This document shows positions 28,534 to 38,552 of a stretch of 64,000 bases of DNA, piece after piece. Location of the stretch: positions 199,182 to 263,181 of the forward strand of contig DISM01000006.1 in NCBI GenBank assembly GCA_002421805.1. Direction: 5' to 3'. A program made the position numbers and the translations under genes. The notes under the pieces are model-generated. The model had not been told where the DNA came from. It saw nothing but the letters and a program-made list of their open reading frames with translations, and did no database searches. Origin of the DNA: Candidatus Omnitrophica bacterium UBA6210 (GTDB lineage: Bacteria; Omnitrophota; Gorgyraeia; Velamenicoccales; Velamenicoccaceae). The first letter of the stretch is position 1. Every line of letters begins with the position of its first letter.

Positions 28534-30219
28534 GTGTTTTTAAAAATCAAATCTCCGCGAATCGCGCTCGTCTTCGTCATATTCTTAGGGCTGCTTGTTT
28601 TCTTTTTCATCCAGCTGGTCTCTATCCATCTCTTCCGTTCCGCATTCCTGCTTAAACTCGCGGCCAAACAACAGACGTATTATCTTGAGCTTGAACCCAA
28701 GCGCGGCGATATCTTCGACCGCAATATGAGGCCGATGGCCGTCAACGTCGCCACGTTCTCTCTCTACGGCGTCCCTCCGCAGGTCAAAGACAAGCAACGC
28801 GCGGCCCGCGTGCTTCATGAGACCCTCGGGCTGGACGAAGGGTTCGTCATGGAGAGATTGAACCGGCCCAAGCAGTTCGTCTGGATCGCCCGCAAGCTTG
28901 GCTGGAGCGACATGGAGAAGGTGAGGGCGCTGGATATCGACGGGTTCCACTTTATCAAGGAGAGCAAGCGTTCCTATCCCCACGCGAGAATGGCCAGCCA
29001 GGTGATCGGTTTCGCGGGGCTCGACAACCAGGGGCTCGACGGCCTGGAGATGAAGTTCGACTCCTACCTTAAAGGGACACCCGGCTGGACGTTTGTTTTG
29101 CGCGACGCCCACCAGAGAGACCTGACGATCGCCGATACGCTACAGCCCCCTGTAGACGGCTATTCGCTGGTCTTGACCATCGATGAGATCGTCCAATATA
29201 TCGCAGAAAGGGAAGTGGACAAGATCTTTCAAAAGTACCGCGCCAAAGGGGCCATGGTTGTTGTGCTGGACGTCAAGACTGGAGAGATCCTGGCGCTCGT
29301 CAACAGGCCCGCCTACGATCTGAACGACCCGTCGTCTTATCCTACGGAGGCCCGGCGCGACAGGGTCGTCACCGATTATTTTGAGCCCGGGTCTGTTTTC
29401 AAGATCGTCACGGCCTCGGCAGCCCTGGATGAGGGGAAGTTTACGGAAGAGGACAAGATCTTTTGTGAAAACGGGGAATACCGCGTGGCCAATCATACCC
29501 TGCACGACGTACATCCTTACGGCAGCTTGACTTTTCGCGAAGTGATCTCCCAGTCCAGCAACATCGGCACGACAAAGATCGCCCAGAAGATCGGCCCGGC
29601 GGCGGTTTACAAGTATGCCAAGAATTTCGGCTTCGGGACCGGGACGCAGAGCGGCTTGCCGGGAGAAGTGGGAGGGGTCTTAAAGCCCGTCTCGGTCTGG
29701 TCGAAGACATCTATCGGAGCGGTCCCGATCGGCCAGGAAGTCTGTGTGACGGCCCTGCAACTGGCCGCCGCTGTCGCCGCCATAGCCAATGACGGCCGTT
29801 ATATGAAGCCGTATGTCGTCCAGGCTATCGTTGATAAACATGGCGAGATCATCAAGGAATACGGCCCCGAAGAGGTCCGGCAGGTCATTTCGCCCGAGAC
29901 GTCGAAAAGGATGCGTCAGATCCTGGCCACCGTCGTTGAGACGGGGACGGGGAAGATGGCGCAGTCAAAACTCTACCGGTTTGCGGGCAAGACGGGCACG
30001 GCCCAGAAGGTGGAGGCGAATGGGACATATTCCCATTCGAAGTTCGTGGCGTCTTTCATCGGTTTTGCGCCGGCGGACGACCCCGAGATCGCCATCGCCG
30101 TCATCGTGGACGAGCCCAGGCCTTATTATTACGGCGGCGTCGTCTCGGCGCCGGCTTTTAAGATGATCGCCGAAGACGTGCTAAAATACAGGCAGATGAA
30201 CGGGACGCCGGTGGATTAA
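28534..30219 (+). CDS. ftsI: penicillin-binding protein 3 / peptidoglycan D,D-transpeptidase FtsI
   Basis: N-terminal TM and PBP dimerisation domain. Transpeptidase motifs SVFK, SSN and KTGT. GTG start. Confidence 0.9.
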   Translation: MFLKIKSPRIALVFVIFLGLLVFFFIQLVSIHLFRSAFLLKLAAKQQTYYLELEPKRGDIFDRNMRPMAVNVATFSLYGVPPQVKDKQRAARVLHETLGLDEGFVMERLNRPKQFVWIARKLGWSDMEKVRALDIDGFHFIKESKRSYPHARMASQVIGFAGLDNQGLDGLEMKFDSYLKGTPGWTFVLRDAHQRDLTIADTLQPPVDGYSLVLTIDEIVQYIAEREVDKIFQKYRAKGAMVVVLDVKTGEILALVNRPAYDLNDPSSYPTEARRDRVVTDYFEPGSVFKIVTASAALDEGKFTEEDKIFCENGEYRVANHTLHDVHPYGSLTFREVISQSSNIGTTKIAQKIGPAAVYKYAKNFGFGTGTQSGLPGEVGGVLKPVSVWSKTSIGAVPIGQEVCVTALQLAAAVAAIANDGRYMKPYVVQAIVDKHGEIIKEYGPEEVRQVISPETSKRMRQILATVVETGTGKMAQSKLYRFAGKTGTAQKVEANGTYSHSKFVASFIGFAPADDPEIAIAVIVDEPRPYYYGGVVSAPAFKMIAEDVLKYRQMNGTPVD

Positions 30220-30258
30220 ACCTGAGGAGGGCCGGATAGTTTTTTCCGGCTAAGCCTG

Positions 30259-31716
30259 ATGCGTTATCAAGAGCTTTTCAAAAATGTGGCTATGAAGGCC
30301 GTTGTCGGCCGGCTTGACGATCTCGACATCGATGCCATCGTTTCGGATTCTCGCCGCGTCCGCAAGGGGTCGCTTTTTGTGGCCTTGCGCGGCCCTAACC
30401 AGGATGGACATGATTTTATCGATGAGGCTGTCCGACGTCAGGCGGTTGCCGTTGTCCTCCAGGACAGGTCCAGGATCCCCTCGCCGGCGCCGCAGGTGCC
30501 GTGCGTCCTGGTCGAAGATTCTTTGAATACCCTGGTCATTCTGGCTAAGAATTTCTTCGGAGACCCATGCCGGAACCTGAAACTGGTGGGTATCACGGGG
30601 ACGAACGGCAAGACGACAGTTTCTTATTTGATCAAGAGCATCCTGGAGGCTGCGGCCAGGCCGTGCGGCCTGATCGGCACGATCGGCTATCAGGTGCGCG
30701 ACAAGAATGTGCACCTGGGGAACACGACGCCGGGCCCCTTGGAACTGCAGAGGATCTTTCAGGAGATGAAAGAGGCGGGTGATGTCTATGCCGCCATGGA
30801 GGTGTCTTCCCACGCCCTTCATCAGGGCCGCGTGGCAGGACTTTCTTTTTGCGCCGGCGTCTTTACGAATCTGACACAGGACCATCTGGATTATCACAAG
30901 GACCTGGAGGATTATTTCCAGGCCAAGGGGAAACTTTTCAGCGAATCCCTGAGCGCTGACGGCTGGTCGCTGATCAATGCGGACGATACCTATGGCGCCA
31001 GGCTTGCGGCCGCTCGCCGGGGCCGCGTCATTCGTTACGGTTTTACTCAAGGCCTTGACGTGAGGGCGACGGATTACCGGTTAACGGCGCAAGGGACCAG
31101 ATTTTCCGTGTCGTGTTCCGCAGGCGCCTTGGACCTGGAGACAAAATTGATCGGGAAACACAATATTTATAATATCCTGGCCGCCATTTGTCTCGGCATC
31201 TCTCAGGGCGTCGGCCTTGAGGATATCCGTCGAGGAATCGAGGCGGTGACGCAGGTCCCGGGCCGTCTGGAGAGATTGACGAGCCCCCGGGGCTTCCATG
31301 TTTTTGTCGATTACGCCCACACGGACGATGCGTTGAAAAATGTTCTTGAATCTTTGCGTGCTATCGCCCATAATGGCAGAATTATCACCGTATTCGGTTG
31401 CGGAGGGGATCGCGACCGTACAAAACGGCCGAAAATGGGACGCGTGGCGAGCTCATTGTCCGACTTTTGCGTCGTCACCTCTGATAATCCTCGCAGTGAA
31501 GACCCCCAGGCTATTATCCGGGATATTTTGGAAGGAATGGAACGGGACAATTATCTGGTGGAGCCGGATCGCCTGGAGGCGATACGGCATGCCATAGGTA
31601 TGGCTAAGACCGGAGACCTGGTTTTGGTCGCGGGCAAAGGGCATGAGACTTACCAGATCACGGGTGATAAGGTCGTTCCATTCGACGATAGGGAAGCGGT
31701 CCGCAAGAATCTTTAG
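30259..31716 (+). CDS. murE: UDP-N-acetylmuramoyl-L-alanyl-D-glutamate--2,6-diaminopimelate ligase
   Basis: Mur ligase P-loop GITGTNGKTT, and a DNPR motif near the C-terminus. Confidence 0.93.
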   Translation: MRYQELFKNVAMKAVVGRLDDLDIDAIVSDSRRVRKGSLFVALRGPNQDGHDFIDEAVRRQAVAVVLQDRSRIPSPAPQVPCVLVEDSLNTLVILAKNFFGDPCRNLKLVGITGTNGKTTVSYLIKSILEAAARPCGLIGTIGYQVRDKNVHLGNTTPGPLELQRIFQEMKEAGDVYAAMEVSSHALHQGRVAGLSFCAGVFTNLTQDHLDYHKDLEDYFQAKGKLFSESLSADGWSLINADDTYGARLAAARRGRVIRYGFTQGLDVRATDYRLTAQGTRFSVSCSAGALDLETKLIGKHNIYNILAAICLGISQGVGLEDIRRGIEAVTQVPGRLERLTSPRGFHVFVDYAHTDDALKNVLESLRAIAHNGRIITVFGCGGDRDRTKRPKMGRVASSLSDFCVVTSDNPRSEDPQAIIRDILEGMERDNYLVEPDRLEAIRHAIGMAKTGDLVLVAGKGHETYQITGDKVVPFDDREAVRKNL

Positions 31717-31766
31717 GGGGAATGGCCGCGCCGGCGAAAGTCCGGTTCGGCATCACGGGGTTTTTG

Positions 31767-33137
31767 ATGTTCAGCTTGAAGGACATTTTGGAAGCGACGG
31801 GAGGGACGCTGCAGAGCGGAGCGCCGAAGACGCGTTTTGCGGGCATTTCCATCGACAGCCGTACGCTCAAGCCCAAAGAACTCTTCTTGGCGATCCGCGG
31901 ACAGAATTTTGACGGCCACGACTTCATTGCCCAGGCGCTCAAGCAGGGCGCCGCAGGCATTATTTACTCAGAGGCCGAGAAGGCCCCCAAGGTCAAAAAG
32001 GATGTCGCTAGCGTTTATGTTCCCAATACGGTGATGGCCCTCGGCGCCATCGCCCGTTACCACCGGGAGCGCTTTGATATTCCCGTTATCGCTATCACGG
32101 GTTCCAGCGGCAAGACCACGACCAAGGAAATGGCGGCCTGGGTCTTATCGGCCAAATACAAGGTCCACAAGAACCAGGGGACGCAGAACAACCTGATCGG
32201 TGTGCCCTTGACGCTTTTGAGCATCCAGTCCCAACACGACCTTTGCGTCATCGAACTGGGGACAAACCGCAAGGGCGAGATCCATCGCCTGACGCAGATC
32301 GCCCAGCCGAACCTCGGCATCATCACGAACATCGGCCCGGCCCACCTGGAGTTCCTCGAAAATGTCAAAGGCGTCTATAAGGAGAAGATCGAGCTGGTGC
32401 GTAATCTCGTCTCTCCGGGTATCGCCCTTCTGAATAAATCGGATATCGCGCTGGCGAGGCTCAGCCGTGTCAAGACAAGGCCTATCTTTTTTTACGGCAT
32501 CAACCGGGATTGCGAATTCAACGCCACGGAGATCAATTACAAGCCTGACGGGATCTCGTTCTCGTTCAACAACGCCCATGTCATGGAGATCAGGCATTGC
32601 GCCCTGCACAACGTCAGCAACGCCATGGCCGCGATCGCCTGCGGGCTTTTCTTCGGTTTGGATATCGGCACGATCCGGGAGCGCATCAGGAATTTCGATT
32701 CGCCGGAGATGCGGCTCAAGGAGATCCGCCTCAATCGCTGCGTCGTGATCGATGATTCTTACAATTCCAACCCCCAGTCGCTCAAGCAGGCCATCGACCT
32801 GTTGTGCCGTCATGGCCAGGGCGGCCGCAAGATCCTGATCATGGGGGACATGATGGAGCTTGGGAATAAATCCCAGGAGTTTCATGCCTATTTCGGGAAT
32901 TACATTTCCAAGAAACCGATCGATCTTTTGGTGACCATGGGGTCTTTTTCCAAATGGACCTCGGAAAGCGCCCGCAAGAGCGGCATGCGGACCGAGGCGA
33001 TCGTCCATTGCGATGATTGCTCGAAGGTCCTGGAGTTCCTGGGAGCCAATGTCAAGGAAGGCGACATCCTCCTGATCAAGGGGTCGCGCGCCATGAAGAT
33101 GGAGAGGATCGTTTCTTTCATGAAGGAGCGAGATTAA
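31767..33137 (+). CDS. murF: UDP-N-acetylmuramoyl-tripeptide--D-alanyl-D-alanine ligase
   Basis: ITGSSGKTTTKEM P-loop. The start is set at MFSLKDILEATGG. An alternative upstream ATG is at 31722. Confidence 0.9.
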   Translation: MFSLKDILEATGGTLQSGAPKTRFAGISIDSRTLKPKELFLAIRGQNFDGHDFIAQALKQGAAGIIYSEAEKAPKVKKDVASVYVPNTVMALGAIARYHRERFDIPVIAITGSSGKTTTKEMAAWVLSAKYKVHKNQGTQNNLIGVPLTLLSIQSQHDLCVIELGTNRKGEIHRLTQIAQPNLGIITNIGPAHLEFLENVKGVYKEKIELVRNLVSPGIALLNKSDIALARLSRVKTRPIFFYGINRDCEFNATEINYKPDGISFSFNNAHVMEIRHCALHNVSNAMAAIACGLFFGLDIGTIRERIRNFDSPEMRLKEIRLNRCVVIDDSYNSNPQSLKQAIDLLCRHGQGGRKILIMGDMMELGNKSQEFHAYFGNYISKKPIDLLVTMGSFSKWTSESARKSGMRTEAIVHCDDCSKVLEFLGANVKEGDILLIKGSRAMKMERIVSFMKERD

Positions 33138-34229
33138 ATGCTTTATTACCTGCTTTATCCCCTGAAGGATCTTTTCCCTGCGTTGAACGTGTTTAAATAT
33201 ATCACGTTCCGGGCGAGCATGGCGGCGCTGACGACATTTTTCTTCTGTCTGATCTTCGGCGACCGCATCATCCGCAAGCTCGCCGAACTCCATGTCTGCG
33301 AACACGTTCGCCAGAAACAGGAGGTCCACGCTCTCTATGACTTGCATCATCACAAACAGGGGACCCCGACGATGGGGGGGATCCTGATGGTCTTGTCGAC
33401 GATCGTGGCTACCATTTTGTGGGGCGACCTTAGGAATAACTATGTGCTTTTAAGTTTATTGGCCCTACTTTGGCTTGGTTTTGTCGGTTTTGCCGACGAC
33501 TACATCAAGCTCAAATACAAGCGCTCCAAGGGGCTGAGCGCCAGGGCCAAGCTCATCGGACAATTCCTCCTGGGGGCCATCGTCGGCGTGGTCATCTATC
33601 TCAATCCTGATCTTTCGACGAGTGTCGACGTCCCTTTTCTGAAGAACGTGTCTTTGGAGTTGGGCGTATTTTATATTGTCTTTGTTATCCTTGTGATCAC
33701 GGGAACGTCCAATGCGGTCAATCTCACGGACGGGCTTGACGGCCTGGCGACAGGGTGTGTCCTGATGGTTATCATTTCTTACGGCATCCTGACATATCTG
33801 ACGGGGCATCTGCGTTTCAGCCAGTATCTGTTTATTCCCTATATTGAAGGCGTCGGCGAGCTGACGGTGCTTTGCGCCGCCATCATGGGCGCCTGCATGG
33901 GTTTTCTGTGGTTCAATTGCTACCCGGCATCTGTTTTCATGGGGGATGTCGGTTCGCTGGCCCTGGGCGGTTTCATCGGCCTGATCGCGATCCTTATCAA
34001 AAAAGAGCTTCTCCTGGTGATCGTCGGAGGCGTTTTTGTGATTGAGGCGCTCTCGGTCATCCTGCAGGTCGGGTCGTTCAAGCTGCGGAAGAAGCGCATT
34101 TTCAAAATGGCGCCGTTGCACCATCATTTTCAGATGATGGGATGGTCCGAGTCCAAGGTGATCGTGCGGTTCTGGATCGTCTCGGCCATCCTGGCGCTTT
34201 TTACCCTCACGACCCTCAAGATCAGATGA
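33138..34229 (+). CDS. mraY: phospho-N-acetylmuramoyl-pentapeptide transferase
   Basis: Polytopic protein with the motifs GTPTMGG, NAVNLTDGLDGLA and APLHHHF. Confidence 0.96.
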   Translation: MLYYLLYPLKDLFPALNVFKYITFRASMAALTTFFFCLIFGDRIIRKLAELHVCEHVRQKQEVHALYDLHHHKQGTPTMGGILMVLSTIVATILWGDLRNNYVLLSLLALLWLGFVGFADDYIKLKYKRSKGLSARAKLIGQFLLGAIVGVVIYLNPDLSTSVDVPFLKNVSLELGVFYIVFVILVITGTSNAVNLTDGLDGLATGCVLMVIISYGILTYLTGHLRFSQYLFIPYIEGVGELTVLCAAIMGACMGFLWFNCYPASVFMGDVGSLALGGFIGLIAILIKKELLLVIVGGVFVIEALSVILQVGSFKLRKKRIFKMAPLHHHFQMMGWSESKVIVRFWIVSAILALFTLTTLKIR

Positions 34230-35482
34230 TATCTTATCGGGACAAAAAGGTGACCGTTGTCGGCCTGGCCCGCAGCGGGCTGGCGGCCGCCAGGCTGTTG
34301 AAAAAGCTGGAAGCGGATGTTACGGTGACGGAGGCCAAGCGGTCCGGACAGCTCGAGCGTCTGGCCCGGGACCTTGGGCAGGAAGGTATTACCGTTGAGC
34401 TGGGGGGACACAACCGGGCGACTGTTTTGGGCCGGGATCTATTGGTTTTGAGTCCCGGGGTGAGGCAGGACGCCCTGCCTGTTGTCTGGGCCGCCGAGGA
34501 ACATATCGAGGTCATCAGCGAATTGGAGCTGGCTGCAAGCGTCTGTCCGGCGACCATCGTCGCCATTACGGGGACCAACGGCAAAACGACGACGACCACG
34601 CTCGTGGGGGAGATCCTGAAGGCATCGGGACGCAAGGCCTTTGTCCTCGGGAATATCGGTACGCCTTTTTGCGCCCACGTCCTGGAGATGAAAAAAGACG
34701 ATGCGGTTTCTCTGGAGGTGAGTTCTTTCCAGCTTGAGACCATACATGCATTCCATCCTCATGTGGCTGTTATCCTTAATTTGACCCTGGATCATCTGGA
34801 CCGGTACCGCGATGTCGCCGAATATCTGGAAGCCAAGAAGCGTATTTATATGAATCAGGGCCGCGGGGATTGGCTCGTTCTGAATGAGACCGATGAGGCG
34901 CTGAAAGCCCTCGCGGATGGATCGCCTGCGCGCGTGTTGTTTTTCGGCAAAAATCCCCAGGATGCCGATTTTAACCAGAACGAGCAGGCGGCGCTGGCTG
35001 TGGCTGCGGCGCTGGGGTTGGACCGCCGGGTCTGCCTGGAGGTTTTTAAGAATTTCAAGGGGGTCGAACACCGTATGGAATTTGTCAGGGTCCTCGACGG
35101 CGCGGAATATCTCAATGATTCCAAAGCGACGAATATCGACTCGACCATCTGGGCATTGCGCAATGTCAAGAAGCCTGTTGTCCTGATCGCCGGGGGGCGC
35201 GACAAGGGGAGCGATTTTAAGTCCATCGCAGACCTGGTGCGCCAAAAGGTGAAATTTGTCGTCCTTGTGGGGGAGGCCAGCGACCGGATCGCGTCCGCCT
35301 GGCGCTCCATCGTGCCCTTGGAACAGGTGGCGACTTTCGCGCAGGCGGTCCAGAGCGCGCGGCAGCATGCACGCGCAGGCGATTGCGTCCTGTTTTCGCC
35401 GATGTGCAAGAGCTTTGACATGTTCACCGACTATGAACATCGCGGCCGTACATTTAAAGAGATCGTTGGCCGGTTGAAATAA
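34226..35482 (+). CDS. murD: UDP-N-acetylmuramoylalanine--D-glutamate ligase
   Basis: KKVTVVGLARSG Rossmann segment and GTNGKTTTT P-loop. ATGA overlap with mraY. The ORF-track start at 34142 is an in-frame read-back. Confidence 0.93.
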   Translation: MISYRDKKVTVVGLARSGLAAARLLKKLEADVTVTEAKRSGQLERLARDLGQEGITVELGGHNRATVLGRDLLVLSPGVRQDALPVVWAAEEHIEVISELELAASVCPATIVAITGTNGKTTTTTLVGEILKASGRKAFVLGNIGTPFCAHVLEMKKDDAVSLEVSSFQLETIHAFHPHVAVILNLTLDHLDRYRDVAEYLEAKKRIYMNQGRGDWLVLNETDEALKALADGSPARVLFFGKNPQDADFNQNEQAALAVAAALGLDRRVCLEVFKNFKGVEHRMEFVRVLDGAEYLNDSKATNIDSTIWALRNVKKPVVLIAGGRDKGSDFKSIADLVRQKVKFVVLVGEASDRIASAWRSIVPLEQVATFAQAVQSARQHARAGDCVLFSPMCKSFDMFTDYEHRGRTFKEIVGRLK

Positions 35483-35547
35483 ATAAGAGGTTGAGAGTGT
35501 CCGTCGTCGCCTGTTTCGGGTAAACGCATGCGTGAGCTTAAGGATTT

Positions 35548-35584
35548 TAACTCATCAACCCGTTAACTCGCTAACCCGCTAACA
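35548..35584. repeat. octamer-phased YAAC tract upstream of ftsW
   Basis: TAAC/CAAC at 35548, 35556, 35564, 35572 and 35580, in exact 8-nt phase (cgttaact/cgctaacc/cgctaaca). Confidence 0.55.
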
Positions 35585-35590
35585 CAGAAA

Positions 35591-36685
35591 ATGAGAAGCG
35601 CACGCATTTCCGTATTTGTCACGATGCTTGTTCTGATCTGTATCGGCATCGTCATGATCTACAGCGCCAGCTCGATTGCCACCTGGCAGGCGAGCGGCGA
35701 GAGTTACGGTCTTCTCAAGAAACAGTGCCTCTATCTTTTTATCGGCTGCATCGCCATGGTCGGCGCGATGGCCGTGGATTACCATCTCCTGCGTCGTTTC
35801 GCCAAGCTTTTGCTTGCTATTTCCGTCATTCCCCTTGTTCTCGTTTTGCTGCCGGGCATCTCCCGTGAAGTCGGCGGCGCCAAGCGTTGGCTGCATATCG
35901 CCGGATTCAATTACCAGCCGACGGAATTCGTGAAGGTCGCGTTCATCGTTTATCTTGCCGATTATCTGAATCGAAAAGCGGGTTATCTTAAAGAGTTCTG
36001 GAGGGGGTTTGTGCCGCCCATGTGCGTCCTGGGCGCCATCACACTGTTGGTCCTTTTGCAGCCGGACCTGGGGACGGCGGTCTCTATGGTCGTTCTGACA
36101 TTTACGATGTTGTTCGTATCCGGCATCAGTTTGTCCCATATGCTGATCAGCGTTGTTGCGGCTTTGCCGGTTTTGTATTTGCTGGTGTTCCGCGTACCGT
36201 ACCGCAGGGCGAGAATCCTGGCATTTTTGAATCCTTGGCTCGATCCTCAGGGGACGGGTTTCCAGATCATCCAGTCCCAGATCGCCCTCGGGTCCGGAGG
36301 TCTTTTCGGCCTGGGCCTGGGGCAGGGCCGCCAGAAGCTGTTTTATCTTCCCGCCGCGCACACGGATTTTATTTTTTCGATCATCGCCGAAGAACTTGGC
36401 CTGGTCGGCGCCTGCGCCGTTATCCTTCTTTTTATTTTCCTTATCTGGCAGATGGGCAGGATCATCCGGCAGGTCAATGATCCTTTTGGTAAACTGATTT
36501 GTGTCGGCGTCATGACGATGGTCGCTTTTTCGGCGGTCGTCAACATAGGTGTTTCTATCGGCGCCCTTCCTACCAAGGGTCTGCCCTTGCCGTTTATCAG
36601 CTATGGAGGCTCCTCGCTTGTTTTTTACATGGTCGCCGTAGGCCTTCTGCTCAATGTGTCCAAATCCGAGGAGGTTGCTCTGTGA
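35591..36685 (+). CDS. ftsW: SEDS-family peptidoglycan glycosyltransferase FtsW
   Basis: Roughly 10-TM SEDS protein (QPSEF-like QPTEFVK, LQPDLGT, PLPFISYGGSS) in the dcw position between murD and murG. Confidence 0.9.
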   Translation: MRSARISVFVTMLVLICIGIVMIYSASSIATWQASGESYGLLKKQCLYLFIGCIAMVGAMAVDYHLLRRFAKLLLAISVIPLVLVLLPGISREVGGAKRWLHIAGFNYQPTEFVKVAFIVYLADYLNRKAGYLKEFWRGFVPPMCVLGAITLLVLLQPDLGTAVSMVVLTFTMLFVSGISLSHMLISVVAALPVLYLLVFRVPYRRARILAFLNPWLDPQGTGFQIIQSQIALGSGGLFGLGLGQGRQKLFYLPAAHTDFIFSIIAEELGLVGACAVILLFIFLIWQMGRIIRQVNDPFGKLICVGVMTMVAFSAVVNIGVSIGALPTKGLPLPFISYGGSSLVFYMVAVGLLLNVSKSEEVAL

Positions 36686-37752
36686 GTCCGAGGGGCGCTG
36701 CAAAGATCATGGTCATTGCGGGCGGTTCCGGCGGGCACATTCTGCCGGCTGTCGCTTTTTGCGAGACCCTGGCAGAGGCGGACCGTCCGGGTCCAGCCGT
36801 TGTCTTTGTGACGTCGCGCAGCAAAGGGCTCGAGGAGCTTGTTGCGCCGACCGTCAAGACGTATGTCCTTTCAAGCCGCCGCAGTGTGGGAGGGATGTGC
36901 AGGCTGTTTTTCCAGGCGGCAGGGGTTTTGATGAAAGAACGGCCCGGCATCGTTGTGGGGTTCGGCGGTTATCTCACCGTGCCTTTTGCGGCTATGGGCA
37001 GGCTCCTGGGGGCGAAGGTCGTGATCCATGAACAGAATGTGCTCCCCGGGAGGGCCAACAGGATCCTGGGCGCCCTCATGGCCCACAGGATCATTATTTC
37101 TTTCGAGCGCAGCAGGGCCTACTTCGGGAAGAATAACAGGAAGGTGTTTCTGGCGCGTTATCCTTTGCGCCGCGCGCTCCAGCCCGTTGCGCGGCATGAG
37201 GCGCTCGCCCATCTGGGTTTGCGCGAGGGGTTCTTTACGGTTTTGGTCATTGGAGGCAGTCAGGGCGCCCACCGTCTGAATCAGGCATTTACGGACGCCG
37301 TGCGTCTCAACAAGGACAGGGGGCGTTGGCAGATCATCCATTGCAGCGGCGCCGCCGACCTGGATTCTGTGCGGCGTGCTTATGAGGGGCTCGGCGTGAA
37401 AAGCAAAGTGTTTGCTTTCCTCGCCCAGATGCACTATGCTTATTCTGTGGCGGATCTGGTCGTGGCGCGCTCAGGCGCCGGCTGCGTTCATGAGATGATG
37501 CGCTTCGGTCTTCCTTCTGTTCTCGTGCCGTATCCGCACGCGGGCCAGCACCAGCTGGAGAACGCCAGGGTCCTGGCCGAGAAAGGCGCGGCCCTGCTCT
37601 TGGAAGAGAAGCGCCTGACGCCGGCATTATTGAGCGGCCTGCTCGATCTTTTTGCCGAGGATGCGTTCAGGCGCAAGACGATGGCGGCGATTGCGCGCTC
37701 CCTGGATGAGGCTTCGGAGAATATGTCTGTGGCGGAGGCGGTCCTGGCATGA
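36682..37752 (+). CDS. murG: undecaprenyldiphospho-muramoylpentapeptide beta-N-acetylglucosaminyltransferase
   Basis: IAGGSGGHILPA motif. The GTG start follows a GAGGAGG RBS and overlaps the ftsW stop. The next in-frame ATG is at 36709. Confidence 0.9.
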   Translation: MSPRGAAKIMVIAGGSGGHILPAVAFCETLAEADRPGPAVVFVTSRSKGLEELVAPTVKTYVLSSRRSVGGMCRLFFQAAGVLMKERPGIVVGFGGYLTVPFAAMGRLLGAKVVIHEQNVLPGRANRILGALMAHRIIISFERSRAYFGKNNRKVFLARYPLRRALQPVARHEALAHLGLREGFFTVLVIGGSQGAHRLNQAFTDAVRLNKDRGRWQIIHCSGAADLDSVRRAYEGLGVKSKVFAFLAQMHYAYSVADLVVARSGAGCVHEMMRFGLPSVLVPYPHAGQHQLENARVLAEKGAALLLEEKRLTPALLSGLLDLFAEDAFRRKTMAAIARSLDEASENMSVAEAVLA

Positions 37753-38552
37753 AAAAAACATGGATGGCGTTATGGATGTGTTTTTTGTTCGTCGTCCCTG
37801 CGGCGCACGCCTATGATTTTCTTGAAGAGAAGAGCACGCACTTCATCATTTATTATGACAAGGGCGTCTCGAAGGATTTCGTCCGCACGGTCATCGATTA
37901 CTCCGAGCGTTATTATAATGAGCTGACGCAGAGGCTGGGGCTGGTCCGGTTCGATTACTGGACCTGGGACGAGCGGGCCAAAATTTACCTTTATCCCGAC
38001 CAGGAAGCGTATATGAAAGAAATGGGGCAGCCGAGCTGGTCGGGCGGCGCCGCGGCCTACGAAAAAAAGTCGATCTGGACGTTTCCGCGCGAAGCGGGGT
38101 TTTTCGATTCTCTCCTGCCGCACGAGATCGGCCACATCATCCTGCGCGAGGCGATCGGTTCCCGAAAGGTCCCCTTGTGGTTCGAAGAAGGGATTGCTTC
38201 GTATCTGGAGCAGGCCAAGAGATACGGCGCCGAAAAGATCGTTCTGAATGCGATGCGCGACCGGACGTTCATCCCCCTCAAGGACCTTTCGTCCATCGAC
38301 GGCTCAAGCCTTCGCGCGGCAGGGGAGGCCAATATATTTTATGCCGAGTCCGTCAGCCTCGTCAGCTACCTTGTCGATAAGTTCGGTGTGGAGCGGTTCA
38401 GCTATCTCTTGCGCAAGATCAAAGACGGGATGGCGTTCGATGACGCTCTGGCATACGCCTTTTACGATATCCGCAGCGAAAGCGACCTTGGGAAGTATTG
38501 GGAAGAGTCTTTGAGGAAAAAGCTTAAAGGGGCCCCGCAGACCATCTTATGA
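37749..38552 (+). CDS. secreted HExxH metallopeptidase-like protein (Peptidase_MA-like)
   Basis: Signal peptide (MKKTWMALWMCFLFVVPAAHA), then HEIGH followed about 20 aa later by WFEEGIASYLE (a gluzincin-type third ligand). ATGA overlaps with both murG and murC. Confidence 0.7.
   Translation: MKKTWMALWMCFLFVVPAAHAYDFLEEKSTHFIIYYDKGVSKDFVRTVIDYSERYYNELTQRLGLVRFDYWTWDERAKIYLYPDQEAYMKEMGQPSWSGGAAAYEKKSIWTFPREAGFFDSLLPHEIGHIILREAIGSRKVPLWFEEGIASYLEQAKRYGAEKIVLNAMRDRTFIPLKDLSSIDGSSLRAAGEANIFYAESVSLVSYLVDKFGVERFSYLLRKIKDGMAFDDALAYAFYDIRSESDLGKYWEESLRKKLKGAPQTIL

Noticed and set aside
32145-33353. A 402-aa ORF on the - strand, antisense to murF and mraY
   Set aside because: Same reasoning as for the rimO antisense ORF. 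It overlaps two conserved genes, has biased composition (D/R/H/L-rich), and has no start-site support.
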